40,901 nucleotides of DNA, taken from an uncultured bacterium (GTDB taxonomy: Bacteria > Auribacterota > CAZIXI01). A program made the position numbers and the translations under genes. Position 1 is the stretch's first letter; each line of letters opens with the position of its first letter. Positions 26,540-35,900 of this stretch are shown here, in pieces. Location of the stretch: NCBI GenBank assembly GCA_964543115.1, contig CAZIXI010000001.1, positions 1 through 40,901 of the forward strand, in the 5' to 3' direction. A model generated the notes under the pieces. It saw nothing but the letters and a program-made list of their open reading frames with translations. It was not told the origin of the DNA and searched no databases.

Positions 26540-27499
26540 TCAAAAAGTGTAGTTTCTATCTTTCTCTTTCTGTACCGGCCGTTGCTGGGAACTTGAGCTT
26601 TGATTCTCTTTACCGGTTAAATCAATATCCGGCTGCCATTGGAGCCATTCATCCTGCGGTGTGTCAACTAAGGAGAAAATCGCACCGGCCTTACTTGGCG
26701 CGCCCATCTGATCATTGTTCGGCGTGGCAAAGGCCATGCCGCCGGTAAGGATTGAGGCCAGTGACTCAGTCTTTATTTTAGCGCCAAAAAGGTTAACGGA
26801 CATCCCAATCCCGCTGGCGTTCCAAAACCGGGTATTTTCACGAACTAAGAGAGCGTATTTCTCCATTATATCTACATCAATATCAACAGTCTTGGCGTTT
26901 TCCGCTAATTTATAACTAACAACTTCTCCTACCTGTACTTCCCGGTAAAAAACCGGCACGCCGGCATGCAATGATCCAAGTTTATCCGATTTAACAATTA
27001 TCCTAAGAGGATTCCCTCCCGGATCACCAAAAGGAGGATTTTCGACGCCTTTAAAGACTTTTGCCGGCTGACCCTGGCCAAGCTTAACTTCAATATAACT
27101 CCCTGAGATAATTGTTTCTAATCCGGAAACACCGCTAAGACCGATTTGTGGCCGGACGACCCAGAACATTGATCCGGCACGAGCCAATTTTTTCGCTGAC
27201 CTGTTTAATTTCGCTTCCACAACCACACCATCCAAATCACTATTGAGCTTTACTGAAACGACCTCTCCGACAATTACTCCTTCGTATTTAATCTGTGCCT
27301 TAGGCACAATATTGGACCCATCCTTGAAAGTAATAGTAATCGGAATGCCGCTTTCCATAATAGCCTGACAGACAAGCCAGATCCCGATTCCCGCCGCAAT
27401 AAGAGGAATGATCCAGATGGGTGAAAACCTGCTCTGTTTTACGGTGACAACTTCAGGTAATCCTTTTTCCGATACTTTTTCTCCAGATTGTTCACTCAT
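26540..27499 (-). CDS. pqiB: PqiB/MlaD-family protein with two MCE domains
   Basis: N-terminal TM segment SPIWIIPLIAAGIGIWLV followed by two MCE-like repeats (ITITFKDGSNIVPKAQIKYEGVIVGEVVSVKL and IIVKSDKLGSLHAGVPVFYREVQVGEVVSYKL). The ATG overlaps the upstream stop (ATGA). The symbol is a family-level assignment only. Confidence 0.75.
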   Translation of the reverse strand: MSEQSGEKVSEKGLPEVVTVKQSRFSPIWIIPLIAAGIGIWLVCQAIMESGIPITITFKDGSNIVPKAQIKYEGVIVGEVVSVKLNSDLDGVVVEAKLNRSAKKLARAGSMFWVVRPQIGLSGVSGLETIISGSYIEVKLGQGQPAKVFKGVENPPFGDPGGNPLRIIVKSDKLGSLHAGVPVFYREVQVGEVVSYKLAENAKTVDIDVDIMEKYALLVRENTRFWNASGIGMSVNLFGAKIKTESLASILTGGMAFATPNNDQMGAPSKAGAIFSLVDTPQDEWLQWQPDIDLTGKENQSSSSQQRPVQKEKDRNYTF

Positions 27500-28131
27500 T
27501 TTCTATCCTCCGCTGGTTCCCAAATTAATCGCGGATCAAAACTACGCGCCGCGAACAGGGTTATAACCACTACTGCGGCAAAGGCCAGTGCGCCGGGACC
27601 CGGCACAACCGTGGCAATCTGCCCTAATTTAACTACCGCTACCAGAATTGCAAGAAGGAAAACATCCAGCATGGACCAGCGCCCGATCACATCGATCACT
27701 TGATACAATTTAGTTCTATCCTTTTTCCTCCCTTCACTCTTCAAGGAAAGGCAAAGGTAGGCCAAGCCAATAAGCTTTGTCAGTGGAATAGCTATACTGG
27801 CGCAGAAAACGAGCGCGGCCAGCGGCCACATGCCGTCATTGTAGAGCTGCTTAACTCCCGCCCAAATAGTGGTCTGCTGTGATAACCCTAAATAGGTAAA
27901 GGTCATGATCGGGTAAACGTTTGCCGGAACATACAATACAATACCCGCGATCACCAGGGCCAGTGTTCTGTTAATACTGTTCGGTTTTCGTTTATACAGC
28001 ACGGCGCCGCATCTGTGGCATTTGGCAATAAAACCGACAGGAATACAAACGGAACGCTGTAAGAAATCACAAAGCGGACAGGCAATTAGCGAGGACTGCG
28101 CGGAAATCTTTTTTACAGAATTAACACTCAA
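27496..28131 (-). CDS. pqiA: PqiA-family integral membrane protein (single-repeat form)
   Basis: Zinc-ribbon-like CPLCDF...CHRCGAVL followed by four hydrophobic helices. TTG start with AGGGAG upstream. The symbol is a family-level assignment only. Confidence 0.7.
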   Translation of the reverse strand: MSVNSVKKISAQSSLIACPLCDFLQRSVCIPVGFIAKCHRCGAVLYKRKPNSINRTLALVIAGIVLYVPANVYPIMTFTYLGLSQQTTIWAGVKQLYNDGMWPLAALVFCASIAIPLTKLIGLAYLCLSLKSEGRKKDRTKLYQVIDVIGRWSMLDVFLLAILVAVVKLGQIATVVPGPGALAFAAVVVITLFAARSFDPRLIWEPAEDRK

Positions 28132-28253
28132 GGCGTTGCTCCCTTTTACACTGTATCCTTTTTATATAATTTACCAATTTTCAGGTATATTGGCAAATGT
28201 TTTTCGTACTCAGTGATATCGGGAACAACACCTGAAAGAACACAGAAAAACCG

Positions 28254-28301
28254 GGTGACCTGCCCCCAAAAAACTGGTACAACTATTGGGGACAGGTCAC
28301 C
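28254..28301 (-). terminator. Hairpin followed by a T-run on the minus strand (intrinsic-terminator-like)
   Basis: ggtgacctgcccc (28254-28266) pairs with ggggacaggtcacc (28288-28301), with one bulge and a 21-nt loop. On the minus strand the hairpin is followed by CGGTTTTTCTGTG. Confidence 0.45.
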
Positions 28302-28364
28302 AAAAGAACACCTTTTTTCCTTATATCTTCACTATAATCCACAAAGAACCGCAGATATTAATAT

Positions 28365-28379
28365 TCAAGAATCGTGCCA
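28365..28379 (-). promoter_or_regulatory. Sigma54-like element with degenerate -12 half
   Basis: The minus strand reads TGGCAC-gattc-TTGA. Its flanks are homologous to the consensus promoter at 32831-32845. Confidence 0.35.
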
Positions 28380-28510
28380 GAATTAAAAACAGGCAGAAAA
28401 CTTACGTATACTCTTGCGGCATAAATTCCTGGCGGGATAAACAGCCTGGAGAGACATGAAAAATTCGTTATAATTATGAAGTTAATACGAGAAGACAAAC
28501 GAATTAACTC

Positions 28511-29863
28511 TTACTGGCGAGCTCCATTTAAGGACCAATGTAAATACTGCTCGATGCATCCTGCCAAATAAAAAGGTAAATTCAATAGAGTATAGTTTTT
28601 ACCTCTAATAGTTTTTACGTTGTCAATCTTTAATTGATCTGAATATACTCTGACAGCATATTGGTGCGGGGCACGATCAATAAATTCACTTAATGAACGC
28701 AAACGGCCGGCGCTGCCCATCTTTACTTCAATAGGTATTACATAATTCTCATACGGAATGATATAATCAATCTGGGCGTTTGACTGTTTTTTCTCCCGGA
28801 CCCAAAACTGTACTTTTTCACTAATCGTGCGGTACCTGGCCAATAACTCCTGCCCTATTATATGTTCCGCGATTTTCCCTTCATAGACACTGTTTAAATT
28901 TTGGGTGCCAAAAAGTTCTTTTTGTATCCCGACAAAATAATTAATCAATCCTGTATCGAGAAGATGCAATCTGGGGGATTTTTTATAATTAGCAACCATG
29001 GGCAAATCGACCACAGTTGCTGGATACATCAGCGTAATAATCATTGCTTTCTCAAGAGTCTTGAGCGCTTCTCCCATTTCTCGTGATTTATAACGGGAAT
29101 TACCGAAACCCTCAAAACGAATCCTGCTCCCGGCCGAGTAAAAAGAACTCTCGAGAGCATGGCGCATTACACGCGCTAAGGTTCTATTACGCGCGTATTT
29201 TTCAATATCTTCAAGATAAGATTGTAATAAGCTTTCATAAACAGGCTTTAAATTATTGAGATCCCGTGTTTCAGCATAAACATTGACTGCTTCCGGCATG
29301 CCACCGATCAGCGTATATTGATAAAACTGTTTTAGTAATTTCGCATGCGCAAAACTTGGACAAGGAATCTGGCTAATAACTTCTAAAGATGAATTATCTC
29401 TAAGGGCACCTAGATACTCTTTAAAAGTCAAAGGCTTCATATAAAGATATTCCACACGTCCAACTGGAAAATTAATATGACTATCTATTAAAGATTCCAA
29501 TAAAGAACCGGCAGCAATAACAAAAAGTTCTTTTGCATCTTCGTAAAAATATCGCAGCAGGGATACAGCGGCCGGAGAATTTTGTATTTCATCAATAAAG
29601 ATTAACGTTTTCAGTGAAGACCGTTTCTTATTCTTTAGAAAAAATATTCCCTGGATAAGTTCTTCAATCGCATACCCCTTGTCAAACAGTTGGCGATCAG
29701 CAGGTAACTCAAGATTGAGGTAGATATATTGTTCAAAATGTTTAGCGAACATTTCAACTGCCGTTGTTTTACCAACTTGCCTGGCACCGCGCAGCACCAG
29801 AGGTTTTCTGTGTTCTTTTTGCGACCAAGTGTTTAGTTCTTTAAGAATTACTCTATTAAACAT
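28511..29863 (-). CDS. AAA-type ATPase with DUF4143-like C-terminal domain
   Basis: 450 aa. Walker A in LVLRGARQVGKTT and Walker B in LIFIDEIQ. Length and layout are typical of the AAA_14/DUF4143 family (COG1373). GGAGAG RBS. Confidence 0.8.
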   Translation of the reverse strand: MFNRVILKELNTWSQKEHRKPLVLRGARQVGKTTAVEMFAKHFEQYIYLNLELPADRQLFDKGYAIEELIQGIFFLKNKKRSSLKTLIFIDEIQNSPAAVSLLRYFYEDAKELFVIAAGSLLESLIDSHINFPVGRVEYLYMKPLTFKEYLGALRDNSSLEVISQIPCPSFAHAKLLKQFYQYTLIGGMPEAVNVYAETRDLNNLKPVYESLLQSYLEDIEKYARNRTLARVMRHALESSFYSAGSRIRFEGFGNSRYKSREMGEALKTLEKAMIITLMYPATVVDLPMVANYKKSPRLHLLDTGLINYFVGIQKELFGTQNLNSVYEGKIAEHIIGQELLARYRTISEKVQFWVREKKQSNAQIDYIIPYENYVIPIEVKMGSAGRLRSLSEFIDRAPHQYAVRVYSDQLKIDNVKTIRGKNYTLLNLPFYLAGCIEQYLHWSLNGARQ

Positions 29864-29901
29864 CTTACTCTCCGGGTATAATTACATTTGATTAATGTAA
29901 A

Positions 29902-30000
29902 GTCAGCCATAATACAGGCACAAATTGTGCCAAGGTCAGCTATATTTTTACATATTATTGTGTTATAGTCAACTATATTTATTATTCCTCCAGAACGGTT
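29902..30000. repeat. Three degenerate direct repeats phased exactly 33 nt apart
   Basis: GTCAGCCATAATA at 29902, GTCAGCTATATTT at 29935 and GTCAACTATATTT at 29968. Units 1 and 2 also share ATTGTG at the same offset. Unit 1 contains the palindrome GGCACAaatTGTGCC. Confidence 0.55.
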
Positions 30001-30275
30001 TCATAATTTAAAACTAGATAATTGATATAAGTGTTTGCGTTTATAGGAGATATATACACAACTCGCTATCTTAGGCAGGTAAAATTTCCTGGACAATAAT
30101 TAACATTTTATATTTTCCAGGAAATATTAAAGTATTACTTTACTATTTCATGTGGCAATTATTAGCTACCATAAAATCATCCATTCTATAAACGTACTGC
30201 ATTGATAATGAATAATATATAATAGTCTAAAGATACCCCCTTGCTATCGGAATTCCAACACAGTCTTACCGTTTC

Positions 30276-32789
30276 CTATACGGCAACATCACAGCCGACA
30301 AATTCTTCCGCTAATAACCCGCTTGCTGCCGGCGTTAAATCCTGGGCAGCGGAATCAATATCCGGCAAAGGAGTATTTCCGGAAACAGATCCCTTACTAA
30401 CTACGCGGAACAACAGCGCCCCGCCTCTAATTGGCAGCTCCATATACTGAAGCCTTATTTCCATGATATTGGCTAAATCAGATAGATAGTTTTTGTAAAA
30501 TTCCACATTTTTTCTGGGCACATCCGGTTTAAGTAATATCATCCCTCCCGGCCTAACTACCCTTAATACATCTCTTAACACCTGCAGTTCCTTGCCGCGC
30601 CCGCCCTGTTTCACCAAATGGTGAAGAAAATCCAGGATATTCACCTTACTGACAGAATCATCCGCTAACATTGTCAGTTCTTCGGCAACATCCCCTAGAA
30701 TAATATCCAGCGGTGGAACTTCCGGCTGCGGGAATTCTTCAGCGGATTCTTTCAGCTCCTCAATCAATCGCAGAATTGTTGTTACCTTTACCCCCCCCTG
30801 CCGCCTTATCCTGGTTCTTATCTCCTTAGCGGCTCTTATCCAGGCATAATTCCCCTTTAAACCCACGACAAAGGGCAGATTATATTCCGCTATATCGATA
30901 TAAATAGATTTTTTAACTCCTGCCAGACAGGCGGCAATATTCATAATTCCCGGCCCGCCGCCCAGCGAGAGATGAACATCGTCTTCATTCAAATCCAACG
31001 GCCCCAGCACCTCAGCCGCCGAGGTTGTATGAAAAGCCCAAGACCTGCCGGCTATCTCTGTGGGCAACATTGCCGGCAAATCAATCAGCCGCCTGCCATC
31101 CGCCTGCTCCCTAAACGGCAGCACACCTTTACTTTTGCCAAGGAGCTCCAGCATAAAACTCACATGATAGATACGCCCTAGAATATCCAGAACAGAACTT
31201 GTATCCATTGTATCCCGGAAACCCGCGCTAAGATCTGCCAGTAAATACCACAATTCATTACCCGGCTCTACGTTAAGGCTCTCTGTAAACAAATCTATCG
31301 TATCTTTGCGCAATTGATTGGTCGCCGACAATCTATCCAGGTATCTCTCTTCCGCTTCCTGCTTGATCCCTTCAAATATCCTCTTATTCTGTCCGTCAAT
31401 GATCTGTAAAATTGATTCAAGAATAGAAGAATCTTCCGGATAATATTTATATTCAGCCAAACCACGAAAAATCGTCTGACAAAAATTAGACAGCATACCT
31501 TCCATCTCTGCCGCCATTTCACGAATATAGAGAACCTCTAAATATTCCTTTAATGATTCGGCTAATAAGCGAGCCTCCGCCCGGCCGTAGCCCTTCACCT
31601 GTCTTTTATCATTTCGTGTTGCATCCCAGGCCTCTTCCAGAAAACGCCGGCCTGCTTCATCACCCAGGGCCTGGCGGCTCATTACCCCGTCAAATAACGC
31701 TTTATGAACCTGTTTGCTCCGTTGCCGCCTTTCTTCTTCAGTTCCTTCACTCTTACCGTAATGACGGTCAAATTCCTGCAGGCACATCAGGGGTTTAATG
31801 TAATTTATCTTTCCGATATCCACGCACACCGCCTCTTCCGACCTGCTGCTTGAGGGGCTGCCTTCAGGCCGGGGGGGCCAGGCCTTAAACATAACATTTT
31901 CCGGCTGCACGTCACTAATTCCCAGATATCTTATATCTCCTACATCGGCGTCTACTTCATCATTAATCCTAAAAACAGCCCTGCCATTTGCCTTCTTCGT
32001 ATCCAGCGCGCACATTACCGAAAGATAGGCAACAACCAGGTTCTTGATCCTTACGGGAATAAACAGGCCGCGGGCCATCAGCTGATGCGCGGTGGGACCG
32101 TCAACCCAATCTTCGGTATAGGCATAAAATCTATTATCCGAATCACTTAAATCCTCAATGTAAAGGCCAAACGAAGGGATTTTACCACTGCGTTTACTGC
32201 TGATTTCATGCAAAGTGGGTATTTCTTCCCGGCCCGATTCCCTGGACCGGGCAAAACCCTCTCTCGCGGCCCTGTTAATAGCAACCTTTAACGCGAATCT
32301 TTGCGGCACCCCCTTGAGCCCCTCAATAAACACTTCCACGCGCAATGTCTGCTTCTGGGAACCCTGTCCTCCCTCGTAAACATCAATCTTCTCTATGGGA
32401 ATAGAAAGATCAACCATCCCGCCCAGGGCGTTATAAACGAATTTTTTATCCTTTAATAATTCCTCTATCTTAGCTAAATTGGCCGCGATCTTGCGATTAT
32501 CTTTGGGGTTTCTCCGGGAACGCCTATCCCGGCAAAAATTCACTTCATATTCAAATCCATTCTCCGCCTCATAATCAATATCCTTTCTCAAACTATAGAC
32601 AGGAACCTCATTTTGCTCTTCGGGATCACTATTGTGCCGCGCACCGGCCCGCACACCATCGCGGAAGGCCCCATCTTGCAGATAGCTCTGACTGGCCAGC
32701 GTAGAGCTGTTTTTAAACTCAGCGGCAGCCACAGTATTCTGCCATAAGAATACTATCGCTATAACCAGAGATATGATTTTATTATGCAT
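30276..32789 (-). CDS. Secreted fusion: protein-kinase-like domain and class I SAM-dependent methyltransferase domain
   Basis: 837 aa. Signal peptide MHNKIISLVIAIVFLWQNTVAAA. Kinase-like motifs are FALKVAI (beta3 Lys), YTEDWVDG (hinge), ISDVQPENVMF (cf. HRDLKPEN catalytic loop) and VCVDIGK (cf. DFG). Methyltransferase motifs are HLSLGGGPG (motif I), IYIDI, ILGDVAEE and VRPGGMILL. Confidence 0.8.
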   Translation of the reverse strand: MHNKIISLVIAIVFLWQNTVAAAEFKNSSTLASQSYLQDGAFRDGVRAGARHNSDPEEQNEVPVYSLRKDIDYEAENGFEYEVNFCRDRRSRRNPKDNRKIAANLAKIEELLKDKKFVYNALGGMVDLSIPIEKIDVYEGGQGSQKQTLRVEVFIEGLKGVPQRFALKVAINRAAREGFARSRESGREEIPTLHEISSKRSGKIPSFGLYIEDLSDSDNRFYAYTEDWVDGPTAHQLMARGLFIPVRIKNLVVAYLSVMCALDTKKANGRAVFRINDEVDADVGDIRYLGISDVQPENVMFKAWPPRPEGSPSSSRSEEAVCVDIGKINYIKPLMCLQEFDRHYGKSEGTEEERRQRSKQVHKALFDGVMSRQALGDEAGRRFLEEAWDATRNDKRQVKGYGRAEARLLAESLKEYLEVLYIREMAAEMEGMLSNFCQTIFRGLAEYKYYPEDSSILESILQIIDGQNKRIFEGIKQEAEERYLDRLSATNQLRKDTIDLFTESLNVEPGNELWYLLADLSAGFRDTMDTSSVLDILGRIYHVSFMLELLGKSKGVLPFREQADGRRLIDLPAMLPTEIAGRSWAFHTTSAAEVLGPLDLNEDDVHLSLGGGPGIMNIAACLAGVKKSIYIDIAEYNLPFVVGLKGNYAWIRAAKEIRTRIRRQGGVKVTTILRLIEELKESAEEFPQPEVPPLDIILGDVAEELTMLADDSVSKVNILDFLHHLVKQGGRGKELQVLRDVLRVVRPGGMILLKPDVPRKNVEFYKNYLSDLANIMEIRLQYMELPIRGGALLFRVVSKGSVSGNTPLPDIDSAAQDLTPAASGLLAEEFVGCDVAV

Positions 32790-32830
32790 AATTTACACCT
32801 TAATTCACAAAAAACCGTACCTTTCTATTC

Positions 32831-32845
32831 GCAATAATCGTGCCA
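32831..32845 (-). promoter_or_regulatory. Sigma54 (-24/-12) promoter for the kinase-like/methyltransferase gene
   Basis: The minus strand reads TGGCAC-gatta-TTGC, an exact consensus match. It lies 42 nt upstream of the ATG at 32789, with AAGGTG as the RBS. The initial transcribed sequence TTGCGAATAGAAAGG resembles TTGCGTATTAGAAACAGG at the 19310 promoter. Confidence 0.7.
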
Positions 32846-32995
32846 GGATCAGCTAAAAGGCAGAAAACTGTCGTATCTGATTGGATTGCTTAATGATACG
32901 TAATTGACAGGCTGTTTTTGGCAGGTAGAACATCTAATAAGCAGTCAATATCCTGTATATTCAATCCTAATAAATTCCTATTTTTGTGTTAAATT

Positions 32996-35900
32996 TTACG
33001 CGGAATGTTCAGTCGCTAACGCCTTTTCCAATGACTCTACATTAACCCTGGGCACCGGCGGCGCGCTCCAACCGCCATTAATATTCTGTTTCGGCATGAA
33101 AATTTCATAGCCATCACCAATCTTGGCCTTCAGCATTTCCCGTACTCTCTTTTCTACCACGCGCGGATCGCCGCCGGAATTGAGTACCAGGTAAAACGCC
33201 TCACTCAGTGACTGCTGTACGAATTGCGCCTCCACACCCTCAATAGCGCTTTCCAATACAACCGCCTTCACCGCGCCCACAACTATTTCCATAAACTGCG
33301 CTACCCAGTTACTGGGATTATCAACAAATACCAACTCAACCGTATCTTCAGTCTTTATCTGTTTCTTGATACTCTCTAAAACAGTCAGCTTATTCTTTTC
33401 CACATCTTCCCGCACCTGTTTTGTCCTCACCAGGCCGGCGTATAATTCACTCTGCTGGCCTAGCAGCAGGTTAATTATCTGTTCTTCACTTACCGGCAGT
33501 TCATCATCCTTCATATTCACAAACGCGAACTTCACGTCAATCTCTACCTTCCGGCCCCTGATTTCCTGCTCTAAACCCCTAAGGCTCCTGGCCTGGGCCG
33601 CTATCTGCAGGCCCTTCATAGTCAATTGCGCCTTTCCGTCAGGTCCAAGCTTAATCAGGCTGGGCGCGTCTAACACATACACCATCGTCCCGCTCCAGGG
33701 TTTCTCAGGCATTTCACCCAGCTCACTTAACCCGCCCTGGAAGATGTCCCGGCCCGCCTGATCCGCCGCCAACTGCACCTGATCGCTAACCGGCATCTTC
33801 TTCGTCTTCTGCACGAAGCTCACCTTTTTATAATCGCCTTTAGCGGTCCTCGCACCCAGCTCGATCTTCCGGGGATCAAATCCAAATTTCTCGGCATTGG
33901 CAATGGTCAAGGCCGCGATATCCAGGAAGCCCAATTGCGTCAGCAAATCAACAAACTCTTTATCCCGGCCGCTCTTCGTCAATTCAAATTCAATGCCCAG
34001 TTTCTGATGGGTAAACACAGGACTGGCAGCATCACCTAAACCCAAATTCTCCACAAAATCTGCCAGCACTTCTTCCCAGACAGACGGCTGCAAGTCATAA
34101 TATTTATCGGCAAATAGATTAGGGAAGAACTTTTCCTGTACATCTTTAGAGGTAAGAATAATCTCCATTATCCTGCTCAGGGCCCTGCGCTCTGCCTCCG
34201 TGCCGTTTCTGGCAATATCATAGATACGCGTATGCACACCTTCATGCACCACACTTCTAAATGTCTTTTCCGCACTTAATTTGCCGGACACAACCGCCGT
34301 CCCGTCACTCAAGGTCCAGCCACTAAATTCTGCCGGAACCTTACCGGTATTAACTTTCTCCTTCAGCAACTGATCCACCCTCTGCCGCACTGGTTCCGCC
34401 GCCCGTGCTTCCGGCTTAAGGAAAGACACAACCGCTCCCGGCGCCGGCATACTTACCGGCAACAACACGGGCGCTAGACCTTTCTCTTCTGTCACCTCTA
34501 CGTCCTTCCGCGCCTCGGCATAGACAGACTGCATCTGTTGCATCGCCCGATCGATTTTTCCGTAATCAGGCATCAATCCCTGAACTTCTTCATCTACTTC
34601 ACTTGGCTCCCGCAACAGCGCGATAATCTCTTCATTGGTATAGACATCCATCAGTTCAGCGCAAATTGCCTGTGTCAGCTCCAGATAATCCATCTCCATT
34701 ATATTCCCATACTGTTCATAACAGGATTCCAGATACTTCCGGAGACTGAAAGCCACGAACTTCTCTCCAATATCAACACAAATCGGATCTTGTTTATAAA
34801 CCCGTTTTCCAGCAACCCGGCTGGCTTCTGTATCAACAATAAATTTGGTGTTTTCTTCATTACGGTCATCCGGATAGATCAAATTACCTTCAAGATTATA
34901 CATTCTCTTAGCGATCCGCACCCAGAGCCGGGTCAACGCCACTAAGTTTTCCTCTTTAAACTGGTCCGCTGCTATTAAGTCATGAACATCATCCCCGTCA
35001 ATCCATTCTTCAAAGAACTGCCGTTTACCCTGACTCTCGCTTTCCCAACCGTAAACCGGCACCAAGCCACTGCCGGATAATTTCTGCAAGCGTTCCAATT
35101 CAATATCCGATATCTTGCCCTTAACACCGGCAACATCCTTTTCTATCTTTAACGCCGCGAAAAGCACCTCCATTTTCTTGCCGCCGGTTAGAGTGAATAC
35201 TACCCGGTAAACATCCTTCTGCGTACCGCTCTTCTCAAAAGAAAGAGCCATCTCCCTAATATCAGCCAGGTCAATATCCAACTGATACTTTTCCCGGACA
35301 AATCTGATAAAATCATCCGTATTCTTCTCCAATTCAACCCGGACACTGACCAATGCCTCGTGCGTCGACTGAATAATGCTCTCGTAAGTACGCCCGTCTT
35401 CCCAGACTAGGACACCGGCTTCATTTACGCGGCACTGACTCTTTACTGATTCAGGGAAGACCGCCTGACCGCTGATTTTCTGAATCAAATCCCGTTTGCC
35501 AATAAAAGCAATTTTACCCTCAACATAATCGGCAAAGATCCGGGCCGGATCATTTGGATGTTCACTAATAAGCGAATGGAGATAATCAATATCACCTTCC
35601 GCTACTGCTTGATCCACAATAAACTTCAAGAACTCACTCGGCTGGCCTTTTTCAGCAAACGCCCACAATGCCTGCGAGGCCTGGGCATGGGTCTTGCCAT
35701 TCTGCAACTCCTGCCATTCATGATCAATGCGTTCGGCCAGTAAAGCAACCGCGCCTTCTCTGATAATCTTATTCCATAAAGCCTTAGTAACATAAATCTG
35801 AACCTTATCTCCCACCTTCTTCCCGTAAAAATACACCATATTGCTTACACCAGCCGCTCCCGCGCGCTGAGCGAACCCTAACTGGCTGCCCTGATCAACC

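Noticed and set aside
26425-26748. Plus-strand 107-aa ORF
   Set aside because: Its 3' two-thirds (from 26540) lie antisense to the 3' end of the PqiB-like gene. It has no RBS or motifs.
29902-30000. Possible CRISPR-like array
   Set aside because: There are only three units and the repeats are degenerate (about 50% identity overall). There are no distinct spacers or cas genes, and the context is an AT-rich promoter region.
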